Shown here: positions 9,682-20,194 of the stretch, one piece after another
Layout: each line of letters begins with the position of its first letter
Position numbering within the stretch: position 1 is the stretch's first letter
NCBI GenBank assembly: GCA_020353515.1
Contig: CP070695.1
Location: forward strand, 1,864,041-1,928,040
Origin: Candidatus Heimdallarchaeota archaeon
GTDB taxonomy: Archaea > Asgardarchaeota > Heimdallarchaeia > Hodarchaeales > Hodarchaeaceae
DNA length: 64,000 nucleotides
Reading direction: 5' to 3'
The notes under the pieces: model-generated
Told to the model about the DNA's origin: nothing
What the model saw: only the letters and a program-made list of their open reading frames with translations
Databases searched by the model: none
Program-made: the position numbers and the translations under genes

Positions 9682-12600
9682 ATGCAAATCTTAAAAAAGA
9701 ACCCATTGTTAATTCTAACTTTATTTATAATATTAGCTCCATTGGTAGTTGGAATACAATTTTTTGGAGATAATATGCCAATAACAATTATTGAATCGCT
9801 AAATGAAGATAATATAGAAACTATTCCCATATTGAATGAAAGAAACGACGATATAGAGTCAATCTATGAAAAAGAATCTAGTATTTATCTGAATAACGTC
9901 TTAGAACGCCTTAGATTAGGAGAAGAGCCAAGTACTTCAGAAAGTGTATTTCTCTCTTATTCTAATCGAATACCTGATCTACCAGAATGGGTAGAAATAC
10001 AAAGGTACTTTAAACTAATCCCCTTGATACAAGTAAGTACTACTCTTGAAAATATTCCCAATCTTACAGAAATTCGTCACGTTGACGCTGTTATCCCAGT
10101 CGGAAAAGGAGTATTAGCAAAATTATCTAGTTTTACGGAGGATTATAATCCTTACATTGGTGAATTCCCCCTTTTATTAAATGAAACTGTTTCATTGGTT
10201 GAAGCTGAAAATGATAATACAACTGGTTCTGGTGTTATAATCGCTATATTGAGCACCGGAATTGATGAGACCCATCCAATGTTGGATGATCAGGATGACG
10301 ATTGGTCGACAACTGATGATCTTAAGATTATTGATTCATATGATGCATGGGATGGAGGTATAACTGATGATCAAAATGGCCGAGGAACTGCTCTTGCCTC
10401 AATTGTTGCTGGAACAGGTGCCGTTGGTGGTAGATTAGAGACAGAATTATCCTTTACATATCCTTATCCTTATGAGACAGATCCAGAATATGAAACCCAA
10501 ATAGTAAATACGACCATTAATATTGGGACTCAGATGGGTCTTGCGCCTGAAGCTTCTCTTTTCGATGTGAAGATTACTAATGATGCTGGTGATGCATATG
10601 ACGAGGGTATAGCAATTGAAGGAATTGAATGGGCTGTTGACCATGGAGCAGATGTAATTTTGTTAGATGATCTACCTTCAGCAACTTCTGCAATTATTTC
10701 GGTGATTGAAGCAGCTACCTCTCGAGGAGCTCTGGTAGTCGTCCCAGCTGGAGACTTTGTCCCACCAGGAGGTTATGACGATGATAACATAGCACCCTAC
10801 TATTCAATAAACTCTCCTGCTTCTGCACCTACTGCATTAACCGTGGGAGCAACCACGGAAACTAATTCGTTATGGGTACAATCTGAACGAGGTCCAGTCC
10901 CCGTAACGGAACATTCAAAACCTGATGTCGCTGCTCCAGGAGTTTTTATGTTAGGAGCAAGCATTGATTATTCAACTAGTGAAGGATCAAACCCTGATGG
11001 TTGGCAAGGAGAGCCAGGTGACATTGATGATACTCTCTATTTTGATGTCTTTTCCAGTACAGCGATGGCTGCTGCAGTTACAGCTGGTGTCACTGCGCGC
11101 TTAATAGAGGCTTATCCTGGAGCTTCAGCAACAGCCATCAAAATAGCTTTAAGAAAAGGAGCGACTGATCTTGGATTTAACGAAATGGCTCAAGGTAAAG
11201 GAAAAATAAGTTTGTCAGAAGCCCTTGATATCTTAGAGGCAGCTCCTAAAGAAGCAAACAATTTAGTAGGGAATGTGTATAAAAAGGAATTCACGGTTCC
11301 AATGGTAAATTATACTGATTTTTCAGGGAAAAGGATCCTCATTGATGGTTCCTGGTCTACATCCCCTCTAGCTTTTCCAGGTGGAGGACCTTACGATTGG
11401 AGTCAGCAAACAAACGGTAATCTTAGCACATTAGGCGTTACCTCAAACTGGCAACATCCTTATGATGATACTGCGAACCAGTACACTTGGTATAATGTAA
11501 GTTATCAAGGTGCGTCACAAGTACGGATCACCCTCAATAATCTAACAGTGGCTACTGGGGATAACTTTACCATTTATCGATCTTCCACTCCAAATGGGCC
11601 TCTTACTAGTGTTTATGGTCCAACGAGTAGTAATTTTACTGGGAGTTTCACTGATACGACTACTGATAATTACTTCTACTTTAGATGGGGTAGTAATGGA
11701 GATGGATATACGACTGGTCAGAGTGTTTTTGGAATTTATGGCTTTGTTGATCTATGGTTCTATGCTGATACTACCCAACCACCCGCAGGGACTTTTGAAT
11801 TTGAAGAACTCGTTACTCAACTTATTGACCTCGGAGCTGTCGTTGAATATTGGTATGCCAATTCTGCAGATGCACCTCCTACCTCTATATTATTAGAATA
11901 CTATGATATTTACTTCCTTGGACAACCACTCGCAGTTGCGACCACAGGTATTCCTGGTGAATATTATCAATGGATGAGTGGAAATTTAACGAATTATCTG
12001 AATGCAGGTGGTCGAGTACTATTTATTGGAGACTATGAAAATCAATATTATAATGATGCGACAGAGGCTTTGGGGGTGACGTGGCACTATGGTGGTGGTG
12101 GAGGGCCAACAACTGATATTGTGAATCATGTTCTTACAACTTATCCATTTACAATTGAAGAACTTTTAATAGACGCTCCGTATGCCTATTTTACTGGTAC
12201 TGCTCCAACTCTGGTTCAAGAAGCGGGAAAAGCGACAATCAAGTATTATAACCAAAACAATGGAAAAGCTGTATTCGTTGCGGATGAGGATGTTTTCAAT
12301 GATGAAATGTGGGATAATCCATTCCCAACAAACCTTAACCCAAGCCGATATAATAATTCTCAATTAGCCATGAACATTTTCTATTGGCTGAGCGATATCA
12401 GTTATCAGTCTGGAGAACGAGATGATGGAGGTGAAGAGCATTTTGAACTCATTTCTTATGAATATCGCCCAATTATGACTGATGAAGACCTCTGGGAGGT
12501 TGAGATTGTTCTCCAAAATATTGGGAATTTCACCAGTCAAGCATGGGTAGCTTTTGGATTCGATTACACACCAACATCATACACATTAGGTTTCGGAGCG

Positions 12601-15435
12601 ATTGGTAACCCAGATGGAGTAATGGATACAGCTGGAGAAGATAATGCCAATGATACGTGGCACTTTTCTATTGGAGGAGATGGGGATATCAATTCATTAC
12701 AATCTAATACCACAATAGAATTCTTTTACAATATTTCAGAAAACTATCCAGTAAGTCAGATTGCAATGCCCTATATTGAGATATCTGCCTCAGGAATGAA
12801 TCGAGATACAGCGGAATGCCTTCTACTCTTAAATGGTTATCAAATTGGCCCAATATATGAAACAAACACATCTACTGGTGGAACTGGAGTTATGTATTAT
12901 CCTATTCACCCTATTAGCAGATTACAACAGTATAATAACACTGTAGAAATCACTGTTCCAGATTCTATCGATTTAACTTTGGAATCCTTCAGGATTGTAG
13001 GGTACAACTTCAGTAATTCTTTAGGCACTCAACATATTGCTACATCAAATATCGCTCCTAATCAAAACGCAGCCATAACATTTCAATATACTCCCCCTGA
13101 TCTAGAGGAACCTGCTTATTATGAACCTGAAATCATCTTCACACCTTATAATATGACTCATGCTCAATTCTCACCTGGATATGCATCTTCTCTCTTCAAA
13201 GAGTTGGCTTTAACCGTCGATTATGGACTCATTGATCCAGGCTATTACAACGAATTTGGCACACAAGTATACGCAATTCCTAAGACAACACGTCAAGGTG
13301 ATCTTCCACTCTTGTATGACATTACCCCAGGATCTCTTAGTTCCTCTTCGAGCACTAAGATTGCACAATTCCCAGGTGACATCAGAGTCGACGGATTAAC
13401 CGTGATGAGTAGCAGAATTGTTGATGATCCAAGTTTAAGGTTATCAGGAACTATAACTTCTGTAGCAGGACTTGGAAACTATTCAGAAGCCTCACTAGGG
13501 ATAAGTTCCTATGTGTTGGCCAATTTAGCACCAGAGCTATTCTTACTAAATGATACATGGGCTTCCACAGCTCAACTAGATATGAAATACCTTAACCATT
13601 CCTCCATTGGTCCTATCCTTCAAGTCGACATCCCTCAAACCCAGTCACCAACCACTCTTAGTGGCACTCTCTCTTTGATTTCAAATGGAACGTCGCTATA
13701 TCAAATTACGCTTCAAATAACTATTAGCAATCCTATATCTTCTTTCTTGCTTCTTGATTCTCTAGATATAACACAAGATCCTGGTGGATATCTTGAGCGA
13801 GACTATGATAAACTTTGGGATCAGCTATATGAGATGTGGCAAATAGCGGTTGAAGCGGGATATGATATAGATTCCCTCACTCAAACATGGTATCTGTATG
13901 GTCACCGAACTCATGATGACAGCGTGTCTGCCGATCCTTTCGAATTTTTAGATAAACATGTTTGTAGTGTTCCTCCAGAGGAAGATCTGCCATATGAGGG
14001 ACTTATTGGTGTTGATCTAGCTGACACATTCAATCCAGGGTATTTGGATGACTACTTTACCAGGGGTGGTAATCTAATTCAGCTCGGAATAGGAGGACCA
14101 GTACCAGCTAGCGGTGATCACTTGGGACCTAATTTTATTGCTGATATTGATTATTTTGACAGAGAAGAGGAGATGACAACTCTCGTAAGTGGAACTGATT
14201 CAATTAATCCTCTCATGGACACAGTCAATCAACTTTTCTACCTTGGTGGAGGTTACATGGTAATCGATCAGGAGAGTTACGATGATCAACTAACTTACGA
14301 TGTGATTACTGGTCAAAATTGGCTATTTAGCGGTCCCATTGTGGCACCTAATCGTGATATAGCTTTCATTTATCATGATGCTGTTTATCCTGATCGCTTT
14401 GGGTATGATCAAGGGCAATATACCAGTCTCGCACAAACCTATAAGGGATTAAAGGTTGTGGTTGGATCAGCTAGTATGACTCAAAGTTGGTTCCTTGAAC
14501 AGACTGATTATTGGGCTTATGGGTCAATGAAATACGCAGCAGATCAAAATATCATTGCAGAAGAGTTCAGTGTTAATTTAGGCAATAATAAGTTTGTTGA
14601 AAACATCTTTAGAGTCGGTGGAAATAAAGCCCCTACAATAGAGTCAATAAACATGTCAACACCTCATGTAGGACCTGGAGATTATGTAACTGTTCGAGTA
14701 AAGGTATCTGATGATCAAGAGAATCCCTCTGAGTTGACTGTTTTATGCCCAGAGAAGATAACTCCTGGAATGAACTACATAAATTGCTCCTATGATTCCA
14801 ATTCCAGCACGTTCATAGGGAGCTTTGCAGTTGTTGACACCTCCTTCATTGATTTTTGGAACATCTATGTTATTGATGATCTCTATAGGATCACAGAAGC
14901 TGTCGATGGGGTAAAAAGATTTCTAATCCCTGAAATGAACGTAAAACCTGTTGCTTGGATTCCCTTCAATGATGAAATGAACTATTATTCAATCATTGAT
15001 GTGGAAAAGGGTGAATTACTCTCTTTTGCGTTTTATTACGATGATTTCGAAGATGGAGACGCTATTATATGCAATATAAGTTTGGTTTATTATTTCAATG
15101 AAGAAGAAACAGAAATAATAAGTTCAGAGCTTTTTGCTGGATTGGGTCAAGGTATATTCTTAGTAGATACTACTACTTTAAGGGATGGAACTCATATAGT
15201 TTTTGCATTTGTCACAGACACAGACGGTGGTACAGCAGAATACCAATTGGCAGGATTTAACATCGGCAGAGGAACTCTCTATAAACCAAAACCAAAACCA
15301 GCAGGCATTGATCCAGTCCCAATTCTCATTGTAGGTGGTTCAACGTTAGGTCTCGCTGCAGCAGTCGGTGGTGGATGGTATTTCTTGTTACATAGACGAG
15401 GTATGGGTATCAGAGATCTTTTCCGACGAGATTAA
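9682..15435 (+). CDS. Large membrane-anchored S8 subtilase-like protein with substituted catalytic residues
   Basis: S8 scaffold motifs (GSGVIIAILSTGID, GLAPEASL, ALTVGA, KPDVAAPG), an N-terminal hydrophobic signal, and a C-terminal TM followed by a basic tail. Confidence 0.9.
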   Translation: MQILKKNPLLILTLFIILAPLVVGIQFFGDNMPITIIESLNEDNIETIPILNERNDDIESIYEKESSIYLNNVLERLRLGEEPSTSESVFLSYSNRIPDLPEWVEIQRYFKLIPLIQVSTTLENIPNLTEIRHVDAVIPVGKGVLAKLSSFTEDYNPYIGEFPLLLNETVSLVEAENDNTTGSGVIIAILSTGIDETHPMLDDQDDDWSTTDDLKIIDSYDAWDGGITDDQNGRGTALASIVAGTGAVGGRLETELSFTYPYPYETDPEYETQIVNTTINIGTQMGLAPEASLFDVKITNDAGDAYDEGIAIEGIEWAVDHGADVILLDDLPSATSAIISVIEAATSRGALVVVPAGDFVPPGGYDDDNIAPYYSINSPASAPTALTVGATTETNSLWVQSERGPVPVTEHSKPDVAAPGVFMLGASIDYSTSEGSNPDGWQGEPGDIDDTLYFDVFSSTAMAAAVTAGVTARLIEAYPGASATAIKIALRKGATDLGFNEMAQGKGKISLSEALDILEAAPKEANNLVGNVYKKEFTVPMVNYTDFSGKRILIDGSWSTSPLAFPGGGPYDWSQQTNGNLSTLGVTSNWQHPYDDTANQYTWYNVSYQGASQVRITLNNLTVATGDNFTIYRSSTPNGPLTSVYGPTSSNFTGSFTDTTTDNYFYFRWGSNGDGYTTGQSVFGIYGFVDLWFYADTTQPPAGTFEFEELVTQLIDLGAVVEYWYANSADAPPTSILLEYYDIYFLGQPLAVATTGIPGEYYQWMSGNLTNYLNAGGRVLFIGDYENQYYNDATEALGVTWHYGGGGGPTTDIVNHVLTTYPFTIEELLIDAPYAYFTGTAPTLVQEAGKATIKYYNQNNGKAVFVADEDVFNDEMWDNPFPTNLNPSRYNNSQLAMNIFYWLSDISYQSGERDDGGEEHFELISYEYRPIMTDEDLWEVEIVLQNIGNFTSQAWVAFGFDYTPTSYTLGFGAIGNPDGVMDTAGEDNANDTWHFSIGGDGDINSLQSNTTIEFFYNISENYPVSQIAMPYIEISASGMNRDTAECLLLLNGYQIGPIYETNTSTGGTGVMYYPIHPISRLQQYNNTVEITVPDSIDLTLESFRIVGYNFSNSLGTQHIATSNIAPNQNAAITFQYTPPDLEEPAYYEPEIIFTPYNMTHAQFSPGYASSLFKELALTVDYGLIDPGYYNEFGTQVYAIPKTTRQGDLPLLYDITPGSLSSSSSTKIAQFPGDIRVDGLTVMSSRIVDDPSLRLSGTITSVAGLGNYSEASLGISSYVLANLAPELFLLNDTWASTAQLDMKYLNHSSIGPILQVDIPQTQSPTTLSGTLSLISNGTSLYQITLQITISNPISSFLLLDSLDITQDPGGYLERDYDKLWDQLYEMWQIAVEAGYDIDSLTQTWYLYGHRTHDDSVSADPFEFLDKHVCSVPPEEDLPYEGLIGVDLADTFNPGYLDDYFTRGGNLIQLGIGGPVPASGDHLGPNFIADIDYFDREEEMTTLVSGTDSINPLMDTVNQLFYLGGGYMVIDQESYDDQLTYDVITGQNWLFSGPIVAPNRDIAFIYHDAVYPDRFGYDQGQYTSLAQTYKGLKVVVGSASMTQSWFLEQTDYWAYGSMKYAADQNIIAEEFSVNLGNNKFVENIFRVGGNKAPTIESINMSTPHVGPGDYVTVRVKVSDDQENPSELTVLCPEKITPGMNYINCSYDSNSSTFIGSFAVVDTSFIDFWNIYVIDDLYRITEAVDGVKRFLIPEMNVKPVAWIPFNDEMNYYSIIDVEKGELLSFAFYYDDFEDGDAIICNISLVYYFNEEETEIISSELFAGLGQGIFLVDTTTLRDGTHIVFAFVTDTDGGTAEYQLAGFNIGRGTLYKPKPKPAGIDPVPILIVGGSTLGLAAAVGGGWYFLLHRRGMGIRDLFRRD

Positions 15436-15458
15436 TTTTCTTCCCCCCCTTTTTTTTC
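15436..15458 (+). terminator. Pyrimidine/oligo-T terminator
   Basis: TTTTCTTCCCCCCCTTTTTTTT directly after the stop codon. Confidence 0.55.
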
Positions 15459-15691
15459 CATTTTAGAAAGTTATACATTCATGTCGGAGACATTCCCAAA
15501 GACAAAAAATGGAGTTAATCCGAATTATAACTTGTTTCTTGCCAAAAAAAGGATCTATTATGGGCTATGATTCTTTGATATTTCAGTTGAAAGCCTTATT
15601 ATATTGTGCTTAAATCTTAAATATCAGATTAATATTAGATAGATTCAGAATTAGGAGCTGAATTTAACAGTAAATATTGGAATTAATTCTT

Positions 15692-17107
15692 ATGAAACTA
15701 TACAATTCCTTAACCCGGAATAAAGAAGAATTTATCACTATTGAAGATAAAAAGGTTCGCTTTTACTCATGTGGCCAGACAGTTTATGAGGATGCTCATA
15801 TTGGTAATGCACGAACCTATTCTTACTGGGATACATTAGTTAGGTATCTCCGTTGGCGCGGATATGATGTTTTTTGGGTTCAAAACTTCACAGATGTGGG
15901 CCACCTGACAGATGATGCAGACAGCGGTGAAGATAAAATAATACGAACAGCCAAACGGAAATCTATCCAACCTATGGTTTTAGTGGAAACAAAAATACGG
16001 CAATTCTTCGAAGACATGGATGCTCTAAACATCCAAAGAGCGGATATTTATCCTCGTGCAACGGCAGAAATCCCTGAAATGATTGAATTCGTTAAAGATT
16101 TACTTGTAAAAGAATATGCATACGAGGTAAATGGCTCAATCTATTTTGATGTGACAAAATTTCCTTCTTATGGAGAACTTAGCCCATCATCATATTCTGA
16201 GGAATCAGCAGGTGCTCGTATTGCTGTTAATCCTGAGAAACGAGATCCTAGGGATTTTGCATTATGGATTCGAGCTCCTCCAGAACACCTTATGAAATGG
16301 CCATCCCCATGGGGTCTTGGTTATCCTGGTTGGCATCTTGAATGCAGTGTAATGTCTCAAAAATATTTGGGTACTACACTAGATATTCATGGGGGGGGAA
16401 TCGATCATCTCTATTTACATCATCCAAATGAAATTGCTCAATCTGAAGCACGCACAGGTGAAAAGTTTGTAAACTATTGGTTACATGCAGCATTTCTCAC
16501 TGTCGATGGTGAACGGATGGGAAAATCCAAAGGGAACTTCATCTTGGTTCGCGAGCTTCTTAACGAATTTGATCCAATGCTCATTAGGCTTTTTTTGATC
16601 AATTCCTATTATCGAAAAAGTGTAGATTTCAATCGAGATGCTCTTGTACAAACTCAGATTCTTCTCGATCGAATACGAACGACAATAGCTTCCATCGATC
16701 GGGCAACAGGCGAGAAAGAATCTGATTTAATCACAGCTATCACTGAGGTTGAGGCAGATTTTATCGCTGCAATGGATGATGACTTAAACACTGTTGGAGC
16801 ACTCCAAGCGATCATGCAGTTTGTCAAAAAAGTAAATGCTGCTCTTGACAATGAAAAGTCTCTCCTAGAAGAAGCTAAAAACAAGATTATAACATTTATT
16901 GGTATCTTAGGGATTTCTCTTCAAGATGAAGCCCAGCAGGGAACAATTCCTTTATCTGCTTTGGTGGACATGTTGGTAGGTTTGAGAGATAAATTACGAG
17001 AATCCAAGCAATATGAATTCTCTGATCAGATTAGAGCTGAGTTGTTAGAATTAGGTATTCAACTTGAAGACAAACCAGATGGAACCATTTGGAAATTAAA
17101 GAGATAA
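15692..17107 (+). CDS. cysS: Cysteine--tRNA ligase
   Basis: MKLYNSLT, CGQTVY, HIGN, PGWHLEC, DIHGGG and RMGKS (KMSKS equivalent). ATG 15692 is preferred over TTG 15677. Confidence 0.97.
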   Translation: MKLYNSLTRNKEEFITIEDKKVRFYSCGQTVYEDAHIGNARTYSYWDTLVRYLRWRGYDVFWVQNFTDVGHLTDDADSGEDKIIRTAKRKSIQPMVLVETKIRQFFEDMDALNIQRADIYPRATAEIPEMIEFVKDLLVKEYAYEVNGSIYFDVTKFPSYGELSPSSYSEESAGARIAVNPEKRDPRDFALWIRAPPEHLMKWPSPWGLGYPGWHLECSVMSQKYLGTTLDIHGGGIDHLYLHHPNEIAQSEARTGEKFVNYWLHAAFLTVDGERMGKSKGNFILVRELLNEFDPMLIRLFLINSYYRKSVDFNRDALVQTQILLDRIRTTIASIDRATGEKESDLITAITEVEADFIAAMDDDLNTVGALQAIMQFVKKVNAALDNEKSLLEEAKNKIITFIGILGISLQDEAQQGTIPLSALVDMLVGLRDKLRESKQYEFSDQIRAELLELGIQLEDKPDGTIWKLKR

Positions 17108-17136
17108 TCTTTGTTGTCTTGTTTAACAAAATATAT

Positions 17137-18339
17137 CTAATTAAACGCCTTTGAAATTCTCTCTAGAGATTCTTCTAAGATAGAAAGTGGACACGCAATA
17201 TTTATACGTTCAAACCCCTCTCCTCCTGCTCCAAATTTATAACCCGAATCCAATGCCAATTTCGCTTCCTCAAGTATCTTTTTTTCTAACTCCTTGGAAT
17301 CGAGTTCAAATGCTCGAAAATCTAGCCAAACTAGGTAGGTTCCTTCCGGTTCAATAACAGAGACAGAGGGAAGATTTTTGTTAATGAAAGATTTCAAGAA
17401 ATTCAGATTCCGCTCAAGAACTTGAATAAGAGAGCTTAACCATTCCTCTCCCTCGTCATACGCAACTTGTAAAGCTAATGCACCGAATGCATTAGGAATG
17501 GTGAGAGCAAGTGCTTCCATCTGAACTTTAAAATTTTCATGAAGTTTCTCATTAGGAATTATTACATTTGAATGTTGAAAACCTGCAAGATTAAACGTTT
17601 TACTTCCTGCGGTGCATGTGATAGACTGTTGTGCGAGTTCTTCAGAAATCGAAGCATAGACAATATGCTTGTGCTTTGGATATATTAGATCACAGTGAAT
17701 TTCATCTGAAATAACTAAGACATCATTCTCGAGACAAATTTCTCCCAATTTACTTAATTCTTCTTTGGACCAAACACGACCGATTGGATTATGAGGACTA
17801 CACAGTATCAAAGCCCTTGCACGTGGATCTTTGGCTTTTTCTTCAAGATCCTCATAATTCATTCGATAATAAGAATCATCTAGAATTAATTGGTTTGAAA
17901 GAACTTGACGACCATTGTTCTTTATAATTGAAGCAAAAGGATAGTAGACAGGATCTTGAATAATCACCTTATCTCCAGGATCGGTAAACCTCTGGATTAT
18001 GTATGTGCAGGCCTGAACAATACCAGGAGAAAAAACCAACCAATCCTCATGCAAATCCCAATTGTGACGACGTTTAAACCAATTTATCACAGAATTGTTG
18101 TATTTTGAAGGATCTGGTCCAGTATAACCAAATATCCCATGCTTTACTCTTGTAACAAGTGCATCAATAACTGGCTGAGGGGCACGAAAATCCATATCTG
18201 CGACCCATAGTGGTAATAGATCTTCCTTACCAAATATTTTAGTTAAATAGAAAGGGTCCCATTTAATGGATCCAGTATTTGAACGATCAATAACTTCATC
18301 AAAGATACTAAAATCTATTTTTGTCATTTTCAATACCAA
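17137..18339 (-). CDS. PatB/MalY family PLP-dependent C-S lyase (cystathionine beta-lyase-like)
   Basis: LPLWVADMDF, CSPHNPIGRVW, SDEIHCD and SKTFNLAG motifs. The start may be ATG 18327. Confidence 0.92.
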   Translation of the reverse strand: MVLKMTKIDFSIFDEVIDRSNTGSIKWDPFYLTKIFGKEDLLPLWVADMDFRAPQPVIDALVTRVKHGIFGYTGPDPSKYNNSVINWFKRRHNWDLHEDWLVFSPGIVQACTYIIQRFTDPGDKVIIQDPVYYPFASIIKNNGRQVLSNQLILDDSYYRMNYEDLEEKAKDPRARALILCSPHNPIGRVWSKEELSKLGEICLENDVLVISDEIHCDLIYPKHKHIVYASISEELAQQSITCTAGSKTFNLAGFQHSNVIIPNEKLHENFKVQMEALALTIPNAFGALALQVAYDEGEEWLSSLIQVLERNLNFLKSFINKNLPSVSVIEPEGTYLVWLDFRAFELDSKELEKKILEEAKLALDSGYKFGAGGEGFERINIACPLSILEESLERISKAFN

Positions 18340-18377
18340 CTTTCATTCATTAGAGATTAAGGAAATAAGATAAGTAT

Positions 18378-20168
18378 TCAAAGGTCCAAAGATGCAAGTT
18401 TGTCTTTCGTGGGAATTCCCTCTCGATCCCATCCTCTCAATTCATAGTATTTTGCTTTGGCTTTCTCAAAATCCTCTAATTTAATTCTTTGACCCTTTGG
18501 ATCCCCTTTGGGTGCTTCATCTTGATAAAAACGGGGTGGTAAAATATCATTGAAAGCAGTCATTCCTTCTCGTGTATTAAATTGGCGGATAATATTCCAT
18601 ACTCGTTCACCAGCCATCAGGTAACTCTCTGGGGTGTATGAAAAACCAGTTGCAGTGTTAAGTATTTCAACCATCTCATCAATATCAAATGGTAAGAAAT
18701 CACATAGAACTAACGAGAAACATGCGGCTCTCTCATCTTGTGATTCTTTAACAAATTTTGGTACTCCTTCCATACTAAATCGAGTTAATGTACCAGATAG
18801 TTCCGCTCCAGGTGTCCAACAACGTTGATGACAGCCTCCACGATCAGAGGTAGCATAAGCTAATGCCATCCCAAAGGATCCTCGGGGTTCAACACCTGCA
18901 AGTTCTAAATTTTTCACCTGAATTGCAAAATCAGTACTACCATGACCTATTATTTTTGCAGCAGAAAATGACCCCCTAGCAAACAGTTCCCCAACTCCTT
19001 TTCGTTCTGCAATAAGACGTAGCATCTCATGTTGGGCCTCTACAGTGCCAAATTTTAAGCTTTGAATATCCTTCTGATCAAAAATTCCCTTTTCACTACA
19101 TTCCATAGCAAACGCAATTGTCCCACCGGCAGTAATTGTGTCCATTCCTAAGTCATCACAAATCTGATTGGATTTAGCTATTGCAGCGAGATCGTCGACC
19201 CCACAACTTGCCCCTAAGAGTGCACTTGTTTCATATTCAGGACCATCAACTTCTAATCCTGCATATTTGCCTTCAGTAAAGCGGGTTGTTTTTCCACAAG
19301 CAATCAGACAGCCATAACAAGCAGTATGACCAATAACGAACTCATCACGCATCCTTTCCCCAGAAATGGCCTCTGCACCCTCAAATACCCCTGCTTGAAA
19401 GTTCCTTGTTGGTAGAAAACCTGCTTCGTTCGCCATTTTAACCCACATGACTGTACCAATCTCATGACGGCGTTTAACTCCAGGATTCTCACGTACCTTT
19501 TTCCTAAATTGCCTGGTTAATCCTCTGAATTTTTCAGGATTAGCGGCCTCAATCTTTTGATTTCCTCCCACAACAATTGCTTTGAGATTTTTTGATCCCA
19601 TTACAGCTCCTGCTCCTCCTCTACCAGCCATATGGGTTCGATCAGTCATAATATTAGCAAAAGTTACTAAATTTTCTCCTGCAGGGCCAATAGAACAGAC
19701 TTCAGAACCTTCATATCGTTTCTTCAATATTTCTTCTGTTTGATATGTTCCTTTACCCCAGAGATCGTCCGCAGAATGAATTTCAACCTGTTCAGAGGAA
19801 ATTTCCAAATAACAAGGAGAAAGCGCTTTCCCGTGAAGAGAGACGAAATCATAACCTGCTCGTTTCAAACGGTGACCAAATTTTCCCCCGATTTGACTAT
19901 CAAGATAGATTCCTGTATGAGGAGATTTTGTAACTATACACCATCGGCCAGAGGTCTGGACAGAGGTACCTGATAGAGGGCCAGTCATGAATAAGAGGAT
20001 ATTTTCAGGACCTAATGGTTCAACCCCAGGTTTCAGCGCATCAAAAAGAATTTTCGCCCCGAGACCTTTCCCTCCTATAAATTGTTCTGCAAGGTGCATA
20101 TCAAGAGAATGTTCTGATATTTTTCCTATTGAGAGGTCAACATCCAAAGATTTACCCATATATCCCAT
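18378..20168 (-). CDS. aor: Tungsten aldehyde:ferredoxin oxidoreductase family protein
   Basis: GGKGLG, KSPHTG, IGPAGEN, GRGGAGAVMGSKNLKA, CYGCLIAC and EYET motifs. Confidence 0.95.
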   Translation of the reverse strand: MGYMGKSLDVDLSIGKISEHSLDMHLAEQFIGGKGLGAKILFDALKPGVEPLGPENILLFMTGPLSGTSVQTSGRWCIVTKSPHTGIYLDSQIGGKFGHRLKRAGYDFVSLHGKALSPCYLEISSEQVEIHSADDLWGKGTYQTEEILKKRYEGSEVCSIGPAGENLVTFANIMTDRTHMAGRGGAGAVMGSKNLKAIVVGGNQKIEAANPEKFRGLTRQFRKKVRENPGVKRRHEIGTVMWVKMANEAGFLPTRNFQAGVFEGAEAISGERMRDEFVIGHTACYGCLIACGKTTRFTEGKYAGLEVDGPEYETSALLGASCGVDDLAAIAKSNQICDDLGMDTITAGGTIAFAMECSEKGIFDQKDIQSLKFGTVEAQHEMLRLIAERKGVGELFARGSFSAAKIIGHGSTDFAIQVKNLELAGVEPRGSFGMALAYATSDRGGCHQRCWTPGAELSGTLTRFSMEGVPKFVKESQDERAACFSLVLCDFLPFDIDEMVEILNTATGFSYTPESYLMAGERVWNIIRQFNTREGMTAFNDILPPRFYQDEAPKGDPKGQRIKLEDFEKAKAKYYELRGWDREGIPTKDKLASLDL

Positions 20169-20194
20169 ATCTTATCCCAGCATTGACTTACTAT

